Assembly (NCBI GenBank): GCA_020696385.1
Contig: JAEHCQ010000002.1
Coordinates: forward strand, 128,001-192,000
DNA: 64,000 nt
Reading direction: 5' to 3'
Origin: Methanobacteriota archaeon
GTDB taxonomy: Archaea; Thermoplasmatota; Thermoplasmata; SG8-5; JAGLSY01
The position numbers and the translations under genes are program-made. Every line of letters begins with the position of its first letter. Position 1 is the first letter of the stretch. Under the pieces are notes generated by a model, which had not been told where the DNA came from, did no database searches, and saw only the letters and a program-made list of their open reading frames with translations. This document shows positions 56,834 through 64,000 of this stretch, piece after piece.

Positions 56834-57514
56834 ATGGAAGAAATTGATCTTGATACGATACTGGCCATAGTCGGCAATCCCACACGTCGAAGTATTTTGA
56901 GAAAGCTGGCAAGAGAAACCCATTACCCACTCCAATTATCAAAGGAGCTCAATATCAGCCAACAAGCCATAATGAAGCATTTGAAAGTACTGGAAGATAA
57001 TGATCTTGTAATCTCCATCATGCAAAAAAGTGATGCTGGCCCGCCCAGAAAATTATACACATCCACGCGGCGCTTCTCCATAGTGATTGACATATCCCCA
57101 GGCATATTTAATGAAGAGATCCGGGTGTATGAAATAGTGGAGGAGAGAAAGACCCAGAAACCAGAAGCAGAGAATATGAGTGTGGAGGGGATTGCTGAAA
57201 AGCGGGAAGAATTGGTCGAACTAGCCACAGCAATTAATGAGATAAATCAAAAGATCGATGATCTTGAGCTTCAAAGACACGCCATGATGAATGAAAAAGA
57301 AGAATTCATGAAACGCGCGTACGAATTGATGGAAATGCTTTGCACTGGTTATGATGAGCGAAAAGTGCTCAGATACATTCTGGAAGAAGATAATATCTCG
57401 ATAGTGAAAATGAGTGAAAGATTGAACATGAGGGAGATGGACATCGAACGCATCATGAGAGGACTTGAAACTATGGGATTGCTTGAATTCCATAGAAAGA
57501 TCATATACATGTAA
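56834..57514 (+). CDS. ArsR-family (Phr/HSR1-like) regulator heading the dnaK operon
   Basis: GNPTRR-x-IL, SQQAIMKHL, GPPRKLY, coiled coil; position upstream of grpE. Confidence 0.8.
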   Translation: MEEIDLDTILAIVGNPTRRSILRKLARETHYPLQLSKELNISQQAIMKHLKVLEDNDLVISIMQKSDAGPPRKLYTSTRRFSIVIDISPGIFNEEIRVYEIVEERKTQKPEAENMSVEGIAEKREELVELATAINEINQKIDDLELQRHAMMNEKEEFMKRAYELMEMLCTGYDERKVLRYILEEDNISIVKMSERLNMREMDIERIMRGLETMGLLEFHRKIIYM

Positions 57515-57531
57515 CTGGAGGATGATGGAAG

Positions 57532-58110
57532 ATGAAGAAGAAACAGAAAAATATCAAGGACGAGGCAGATATTGCCGAGGATGCTGTCATTGCTCCAGAG
57601 GTGGAGATAATGGCAGATGAGCCTATCGACACTGAGCCAGTGGTCATCAACTTTGAAGATAAATGGAAAAGGGCCTTGGCAGATCTTGACAATATGAGAA
57701 AGAGAAGCGACAGGGAAATGGAACACCTTAGAAAATTCGCTTCCGAGATCCTGATACTGGATATCATGCGATCCATAGAGGATATGGAACGAGCTATGAA
57801 CATATCCAAGTTGAAAAAACAGGACGGGGTCCAGGATGCTAAAGAAGAGCATCTGGACATGATCAAGGGCTTGGAGATGATATTGAAGGACATGAATAAC
57901 ACACTGGCAAAGAACGGTGTGACTGCGATTGAGACCGTGGGAGCAAGATTCGATCCCAATGTACATGAGGCATTGATGCAGGCTTGCACGGATTGTCTCG
58001 ATGATGATAATGTGGTCATCGAGGAATTACAAAGGGGCTACATGCTCCACGACAAGGTAATTAGATATGCAAAAGTAAAAGTTGCAAAATATGAAGAAGG
58101 AGGAAGTTGA
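57532..58110 (+). CDS. grpE: Nucleotide exchange factor GrpE
   Basis: RALAD-x-DN-x-RKR, FDPN-x-HEA, GY-x-LHDKVIR-x-AKV-x-V. Confidence 0.96.
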   Translation: MKKKQKNIKDEADIAEDAVIAPEVEIMADEPIDTEPVVINFEDKWKRALADLDNMRKRSDREMEHLRKFASEILILDIMRSIEDMERAMNISKLKKQDGVQDAKEEHLDMIKGLEMILKDMNNTLAKNGVTAIETVGARFDPNVHEALMQACTDCLDDDNVVIEELQRGYMLHDKVIRYAKVKVAKYEEGGS

Positions 58111-58166
58111 ATGAGCGAATCAAATTCGCGCATTCAAAATTCCGAAATGAAATGGAGGAATTAAAA

Positions 58167-60014
58167 ATGAGTAAAATAATAGGAATAGATCTGGGAACGA
58201 CAAACTCGGAGGCCGCTTTTTTGGAGGCCGGCAGACCAAAAATAATACCGAGTGCAGAGGGCAATACCTACGGTGGAAAGAACTTTCCATCCGTCGTGGC
58301 CTTCACCAAAGATGGTGAACGTCTGGTTGGAGAAGCAGCCAAAAGACAGGCTGTGCTGAATCCAGAAAGGACGATATCCAGAATTAAGAGAAAAATGGGC
58401 ACTGATTACAGTGTGTCCATTGATGGGAAGAGCTATTCTCCGCAGGAGATATCGGCCATGATACTTCAGAAGATCAAGCACGATGCCGAACAGTTCCTGG
58501 GCGAGGATGTGAAGCAGGTGGTCATCACGGTACCTGCTTATTACAATGACAATCAGAGACAGGCCACGAAAGATGCGGGAAAGATCGCGGGACTCGAGGT
58601 CCTCAGGATCATCAATGAACCAACCGCGGCAGCACTGGCCTATGGATTGGATAAGGTAGATAGCCAGAAGATCATCGTACTGGACCTGGGTGGCGGAACC
58701 TTCGATGTCACCATCATGGAGACTGGAGACGGTGTATTCGAGGTCATGTCCACCAGCGGAGATACGAAGCTGGGTGGCAGTGATATGGATGATGCCATTG
58801 TCCAATACCTTGTTGATGATTTCAAGGCAAAGGAGGGTATCGATGTCTCCAAGGATAAGGCCGTTATGCAGAGATTGAGAGATGCCGCCGAGCGTGGGAA
58901 GATGGAGCTGAGCAGTCAGAACTCCACCACCATCAGCCTTCCGTTCCTTTATTCAGATGATAGCGGACCAAAACATCTGGAGGTCAATATGAACAGGGCG
59001 AAGCTGGATGATCTCGTGATGCCAGTTGTCAAGAGATGTGAAAAACCAATAAGGAATGCTATCAAAGATGCGAAACTGGATTTCAAAGATATTGATAAGG
59101 TCATGCTTGTCGGAGGCCCGACAAGGATGCCAGTCGTTCGCCAATTCTTCGAGAAGATCATAGGAAAGAGTGCGGAGAGCGGTGTCGATCCTATGCAATG
59201 TGTGGCAATGGGAGCATCAATCCAGGCCGGAGTGATGGCCGGGGATGTCGAAGACATCGTTCTTCTCGATGTCACACCTCTATCCTTGGGTGTGGAAACT
59301 CTGGGAAGCGTCAGTACCAAGCTCATAGAGAGGAACACGACCATCCCGACAAGGAAGAGCCAGATCTTCTCCACAGCCGCGGATAATCAGACCAGCGTGG
59401 AGATCAATATCCTTCAAGGTGAAAGGGAAATGGCAATGGACAATATCTCACTTGGAAGGTTCCATCTGGTTGGAATTCCACCAGCACCCAGAGGTATACC
59501 TCAGATCGAGGTGGCTTTCGACATTGACGCCAATGGTATCGTCAATGTTTCTGCCAAGGATCTGGGAACTGGCAAGGAGCAGAAGATCACCATAACCGCG
59601 ACCACGAACCTTTCGGATGACGAGGTTGAAAGAAAGGTCCAGGATGCGGAGAAGTACGCGGAAGAGGACAAGGCCAAGCGCGAGGAGATCGACACTCTCA
59701 ATCAGGCTGACAGCATGGTGTACTCCACAGAGCGCACCCTGGAAGAACTGAAAGAGAAGATCAGCGATGAACAGAAGTCCCAGATCGAAGGAGAGCTGGA
59801 TGAACTGAAAAAGGCCATCGAGACCAAGGACACGCAGCAGATCAAGGATAAGCTGGATTCGCTTGGAAAAGCCCTCCATGAGGTCACAACGGCCATGTAC
59901 CAACAGGTCGCGCAGGAACAGGCCGCCCAACAGCAGGCGGAGGAAGGCGAAGCAGAGCCCGGGCCAGCTGGCGAAGGCGACTATGTAGATGCTGACTTCG
60001 AGGAAGTTGAGTGA
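58167..60014 (+). CDS. dnaK: Chaperone DnaK
   Basis: [34 protein letters not shown]; ATG at 58167 with GGAGG SD. Confidence 0.99.
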   Translation: MSKIIGIDLGTTNSEAAFLEAGRPKIIPSAEGNTYGGKNFPSVVAFTKDGERLVGEAAKRQAVLNPERTISRIKRKMGTDYSVSIDGKSYSPQEISAMILQKIKHDAEQFLGEDVKQVVITVPAYYNDNQRQATKDAGKIAGLEVLRIINEPTAAALAYGLDKVDSQKIIVLDLGGGTFDVTIMETGDGVFEVMSTSGDTKLGGSDMDDAIVQYLVDDFKAKEGIDVSKDKAVMQRLRDAAERGKMELSSQNSTTISLPFLYSDDSGPKHLEVNMNRAKLDDLVMPVVKRCEKPIRNAIKDAKLDFKDIDKVMLVGGPTRMPVVRQFFEKIIGKSAESGVDPMQCVAMGASIQAGVMAGDVEDIVLLDVTPLSLGVETLGSVSTKLIERNTTIPTRKSQIFSTAADNQTSVEINILQGEREMAMDNISLGRFHLVGIPPAPRGIPQIEVAFDIDANGIVNVSAKDLGTGKEQKITITATTNLSDDEVERKVQDAEKYAEEDKAKREEIDTLNQADSMVYSTERTLEELKEKISDEQKSQIEGELDELKKAIETKDTQQIKDKLDSLGKALHEVTTAMYQQVAQEQAAQQQAEEGEAEPGPAGEGDYVDADFEEVE

Positions 60015-60033
60015 GTGAAAATTGGAAGAAAAT

Positions 60034-60075
60034 GGAATGGCATAGGCCATTCGGGGAATGGTCGAGTGCCATTCC
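60034..60075 (+). terminator. Stem-loop between dnaK and dnaJ (terminator or mRNA stabiliser)
   Basis: GGAATGGCA...TGCCATTCC followed by a T tract. Confidence 0.55.
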
Positions 60076-60127
60076 CCTTTTATACTTCCACCATTTGACC
60101 AGTGAATGAGACCCTGGAGCTCGATAG

Positions 60128-61255
60128 ATGGCTGAAAAAAGAGACTATTACGAAGTCCTTGGCGTGGACAAGAAAGCAAGCAAGGAAGAGGTGAAGAAAG
60201 CCTACAGGACGCTTGCCAAGAAACATCATCCAGACCTGAATAAGGATGATCCAAAGGGCGCGGAGGAGAAGTTCAAAGAGGTCTCGGAAGCCTATGAAGT
60301 ACTGGCTGATGATGAAAAGAAGAATTTGTACGATTCATACGGCCATGCGGGAGTGTCAAATAACTTCGGTGGGGGCGGTGGAGGTGGCTTCAATTGGTCT
60401 GACTTCACCCATTACAATGATATCAGTGATATCTTCGGCGGGGGTGGAGGATCCATCTTCGACATGTTCTTCGGTGGAGGTGGCGGAGGTCGCCGTGCCA
60501 GAAGAAGTGGACCCACGCGCGGATCCGACCTCAGATATGATATCGAGATGAGCCTGGAATTGGCCGATGAGGGGATAGAGAAGGTCATCAATATACCTCG
60601 TAATGTCAAATGTGATAAGTGTAATGGAACAGGGGCTGCGGATGGAACCACACCCAATGCCTGTAACACATGCGGAGGCAGTGGCCAGGTCAAGAGCGTG
60701 CAGAGGCGGGGTTACAGCCAGTTCATATCCATAAATGCCTGTCCAGCTTGCCAGGGAAAAGGACAAGTTATCGAGAATCCATGCGATAAGTGCAATGGAG
60801 CTGGCAAATACCGGAAGACCGGGAAGATATCCATCAAGATTCCACCAGGTTCAGATACTGGAACAAGATTAAGACTGGCTGGTGAAGGCGAGGCAGGCTC
60901 AAGAGGCGGGCCACCCGGGGACCTTTACATAATAGTCCATGTCCTGCAACATGAGAAATTCGCCAGGGATGGGAGGCATCTTTACACAAAAGCTGAAATA
61001 AGCTATCCAGAGGCCGCACTGGGTGCGGAGATCGATATCCCCACACTGGATGGCAAGGCGAGTATGAAAGTACCTGCGGGAACACAGCCAGGTGCTATCC
61101 TTCGCTTGAGGGGAAAAGGTATCAATTCCCTTGGTGGGAGAGGAAGGGGAGACCTGCATGTGAAAATAAATGTGCAAGTTCCCAAGAAAATGTCCAGGGA
61201 TGAAAAGAGATTGTTGAAGGAACTGGACAAGCTGAAGAAGAAGGCAAGATCCTGA
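60128..61255 (+). CDS. dnaJ: Chaperone DnaJ
   Basis: J domain HPD, G/F region, four CxxCxGxG motifs. Confidence 0.98.
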   Translation: MAEKRDYYEVLGVDKKASKEEVKKAYRTLAKKHHPDLNKDDPKGAEEKFKEVSEAYEVLADDEKKNLYDSYGHAGVSNNFGGGGGGGFNWSDFTHYNDISDIFGGGGGSIFDMFFGGGGGGRRARRSGPTRGSDLRYDIEMSLELADEGIEKVINIPRNVKCDKCNGTGAADGTTPNACNTCGGSGQVKSVQRRGYSQFISINACPACQGKGQVIENPCDKCNGAGKYRKTGKISIKIPPGSDTGTRLRLAGEGEAGSRGGPPGDLYIIVHVLQHEKFARDGRHLYTKAEISYPEAALGAEIDIPTLDGKASMKVPAGTQPGAILRLRGKGINSLGGRGRGDLHVKINVQVPKKMSRDEKRLLKELDKLKKKARS

Positions 61256-61294
61256 TATCAATCCCACTGTATTTTACTGGATTTTTAATTATAT

Positions 61295-61360
61295 AATCTT
61301 ATAGATCGAATCTTATAGATCGAATCTTATAGATCGAATCTTATAGATCGAATCTTGTAG
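61295..61360. repeat. 14-bp tandem repeat (AATCTTATAGATCG) x4 plus a partial copy
   Basis: Units start at 61295, 61309, 61323, 61337, 61351. Confidence 0.95.
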
Positions 61361-61383
61361 GCCAGATCATTAATAGATAAAAT

Positions 61384-62172
61384 TCAATTCATATCCTTTT
61401 TCAATAAGCTCAGTTCACGGGGATCCAGAGCATCGGGATTTAGAGACAGGATAAGTATCCCTTTCTTCGTCACCATGGACTCTGTGAGTGACTGGATAAA
61501 ACTAAGTACGGAGTTAAATCCATTATGCGATATCATATATTCCAGACCCTCCAACACGATGATACTACCGGAATTCCCACTGAGGAAATCGAGGATTACG
61601 GAATACAATTTGGGTAACTGGGAAGGGGCGATATAATCATAATCGTCCTCATCCGCATCCTCTGGAGATATGGCGATCATACCAATTGGCATGTGTCCAT
61701 CCACCTTCTGGCTCTTGGTAAGCCAGATGGTCTTTTTTATTTTCAGATCTTCGAACTCGTCTATCTGCCCGGGAGATTTCCTGACAATAGCCATGCCAAC
61801 TTTACCATTCTGCACTTCGCGTTTGAAAGCGGCGAAGCATTTTTGAGGCTTCGGCTCCTCTATCATGTAGCTGAGACCTGGCTTCAGATCCTTCACCACT
61901 TGGATGACTGGCTCCTCCACAACAGGTATGGGCTTCACGGCATCGGAATCGATTATGTCACCGGATTCCAACTCCACTTCCAGAGCTTTAATCTGATCCT
62001 CTATCTTGAACTTCGCAGAGCTGGACTTGGTCTTTGTGACTATCTTCATCTCATGTGGTGAATAGCCGTCCTTGGCCATTTTTAAGAAGATGGCCCAACT
62101 GTCATTGACCGCGTCTCTATAGCCATGGAGATATTCCAGTCTTTTCAGTTTTTCTTCCCTTGTCTCTACCAT
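61384..62172 (-). CDS. DUF835-domain protein (inactive KaiC-like fold)
   Basis: PG-x-SY-x-I-x-E-x-x-P, IWLT, I-x-P-x-x-L, LEGLEYM...NGF-x-x-VL-x-F...P-x-AL...L. Confidence 0.85.
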   Translation of the reverse strand: MVETREEKLKRLEYLHGYRDAVNDSWAIFLKMAKDGYSPHEMKIVTKTKSSSAKFKIEDQIKALEVELESGDIIDSDAVKPIPVVEEPVIQVVKDLKPGLSYMIEEPKPQKCFAAFKREVQNGKVGMAIVRKSPGQIDEFEDLKIKKTIWLTKSQKVDGHMPIGMIAISPEDADEDDYDYIAPSQLPKLYSVILDFLSGNSGSIIVLEGLEYMISHNGFNSVLSFIQSLTESMVTKKGILILSLNPDALDPRELSLLKKDMN

Positions 62173-62320
62173 ACATTCATCTCTTATATTGTGAGGATCG
62201 TGATCGATTTTTTCCCAGATACAGTTCTTTTCCCTAGCTACTGTATTCCAGAATCATATAATAAGCATTACTGATGAAAAATGCAAAAAATCTTTATCCC
62301 CTCCAGATATTCAAGGCCAC

Positions 62321-63481
62321 ATGACGAACAAAAATTATTTGATATTTGGAGCTGGGCAGATGGGAAAAGCAATTGCTTATGACATTGCCAAATTCTCTCC
62401 TGAAGCGGATATCACGCTGGCAGATATGAATGTGCCAGCGGGTGAAGGTATTGTGGAATGGCTCAGGACATGCCATTCCTCAAGATCAGGAAATATCGGC
62501 TTCGAAAAGCTAGATGCGACGGATGACCAGCATATTTTGAGGTTGATGGAAAATGCCGATATGGCTATTGTCGCACTCCCCTATTCTTTCAATATCAGAT
62601 TATTGGAGCTCGCTATTAAAACTGGCACACATTTTTGCGATCTGGGAGGCAATGATTCCATTGTCGGAGAGCAGTTGAAGATGGAAGAAAAGGCCAGGGA
62701 GGCGGATGTCCTGGCCATTCCTGACTGTGGATTAGCACCTGGAATGGCCAATGTCATCGCCATGCACTCTATCAAAGGCATGGAAGATATCAGCAAGCTC
62801 CACATCAGGGTGGGAGGCCTGCCACAAAATCCAAAACCACCATTGAACTACCAATTATTCTTCTCTGTCAAGGGTCTGATAAATGAATACAAAGAGGATT
62901 GCATGGTGCTGGAAGGTGGATGGATTAAACTCCTAGATCCCATGATCGACACGGAGGAACTTCATTTTGATGGACTTGGAAAAATGGAGGCCTTCAATAC
63001 CTCTGGCGGGGCTGCCTGGCTCCCATATTTGCTTGAAGGAAAGGTGGACGAGCTCAATTACAAGACCATACGGTATCCTGGCCATGCGGTGATAATCAAG
63101 GCCATGCTGGATCTTGGCTTGACGAGTGAGGAAAAGCTGGACTGTGGGTGTGATATGACTCTACGTGATATTCTGGAAACACAGCTTGTGAAGGCATTGA
63201 CTGGCACGGACAAGGATATCGTTCTCGTCCGTGTGATTGCCGAGGGCGTGATGAATGGCCAGTCTGTGAAAATAACATACGATCTGGATGACAGGTTCGA
63301 TGATGATACCGGACTCACAGCGATGATGCGAACAACCTCTTTCCCCACTGCGATAATCGCACAAATGGTCGTGGATGGCATTATTCCCAAGAGAGGGGTG
63401 ATGACCCCGGAAAGCTGTGTGCCAGGCGATCTATTGCTCGAAGCGATGAAGAAAAGAAATATAGTGTTCAAGACTACTTAA
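62321..63481 (+). CDS. Saccharopine dehydrogenase / lysine 6-dehydrogenase family
   Basis: GAGQMG, DCGLAPG, VGGLP, GLINEY, KTIRYPGH, AM-x-RTT. Confidence 0.9.
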   Translation: MTNKNYLIFGAGQMGKAIAYDIAKFSPEADITLADMNVPAGEGIVEWLRTCHSSRSGNIGFEKLDATDDQHILRLMENADMAIVALPYSFNIRLLELAIKTGTHFCDLGGNDSIVGEQLKMEEKAREADVLAIPDCGLAPGMANVIAMHSIKGMEDISKLHIRVGGLPQNPKPPLNYQLFFSVKGLINEYKEDCMVLEGGWIKLLDPMIDTEELHFDGLGKMEAFNTSGGAAWLPYLLEGKVDELNYKTIRYPGHAVIIKAMLDLGLTSEEKLDCGCDMTLRDILETQLVKALTGTDKDIVLVRVIAEGVMNGQSVKITYDLDDRFDDDTGLTAMMRTTSFPTAIIAQMVVDGIIPKRGVMTPESCVPGDLLLEAMKKRNIVFKTT

Positions 63482-63482
63482 T

Positions 63483-63998
63483 TCAAGGCAATATTGAGCC
63501 AATCGATAGATCCGGGTATATCTGTCTCTCAAACTCCAACACCTTATGCAGTTTGAGGTCGGTCCTGAGATTGAGGATGGTGACATTGAAGGAGCCGCTC
63601 ACAATATACCCATTTGCATTCGGAGCCAGAGATACGGTATAATTTTCATTGATCGTGCCTCCAATGACAGAATACATACCATCGATGACGGTTCGGATAT
63701 CGCCACCCAGCCATATATCAAAACCTTCCTCAGCCATGTCATTGATATGAACTTGATAATTATCATCAAAACCTAGTAGATCCCCTTCTTGAATAGATTG
63801 CTTGGCCACATAGATCGCATGGTTCTCCAGATCGCGAGTTATCTCCTGGGACTTGAATTCCATCTTGTCTATATCATCCATGCGTATCCTGTAATTGGAA
63901 TCAACGTGGGTGACGTATGAAAGATAAGAAACGGTAAAACTCGCAAAGAACAGAAGGACTATGGCCATCAGGGAAAATGATGATACTGCTCTTTCATC
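63483..63998 (-). CDS. Hypothetical protein with class III (prepilin-like) signal peptide, 5'-truncated by window
   Basis: Frame is open past the track's ATG: ...DERA|VSSFSLMAIVLLFFASF. Confidence 0.6.
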   Translation of the reverse strand, partial: DERAVSSFSLMAIVLLFFASFTVSYLSYVTHVDSNYRIRMDDIDKMEFKSQEITRDLENHAIYVAKQSIQEGDLLGFDDNYQVHINDMAEEGFDIWLGGDIRTVIDGMYSVIGGTINENYTVSLAPNANGYIVSGSFNVTILNLRTDLKLHKVLEFERQIYPDLSIGSILP

Positions 63999-64000
63999 CC

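Overview
64 kb of an archaeal chromosome, most likely a Thermoplasmatota/Thermoplasmata relative. Evidence: Cdc6/Orc1, rpS17e, TFS, Trm1, Trm11, stand-alone Kae1, an archaeal SRP RNA, bacterial-type grpE-dnaK-dnaJ, and an expanded KaiC/DUF835 family. Most of the window is housekeeping and heterotrophic metabolism (IorAB, PaaK, AlaRS, NadC, acyl-CoA synthetase, SatP, OFA-MFS, ABC transporters), plus tRNA-Asn. Accessory highlights: (1) a ~2 kb AT-rich, integrase-free cassette encoding an HD-family dNTP triphosphohydrolase plus a nucleoside deoxyribosyltransferase-family glycosidase, bracketed by a duplication of the paaK 3' end (candidate nucleotide-depletion or sanitising defence module). (2) Four KaiC-like ATPases and a DUF835 protein; two of the ATPases sit next to long coiled-coil proteins, one with zinc ribbons and one with a longin-like domain (candidate signalling/scaffold system). 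(3) An apparently catalytically empty NucS-N/RQC/HRDC fusion. (4) A ~225-nt unannotated structured RNA candidate whose 5' part is triplicated as a 74-bp tandem repeat. (5) Two non-autonomous IS200/IS605-like elements that share their 3' flank. (6) Several other dispersed repeats and local duplications at gene junctions. All calls are by eye from sequence motifs; no database searches were run.
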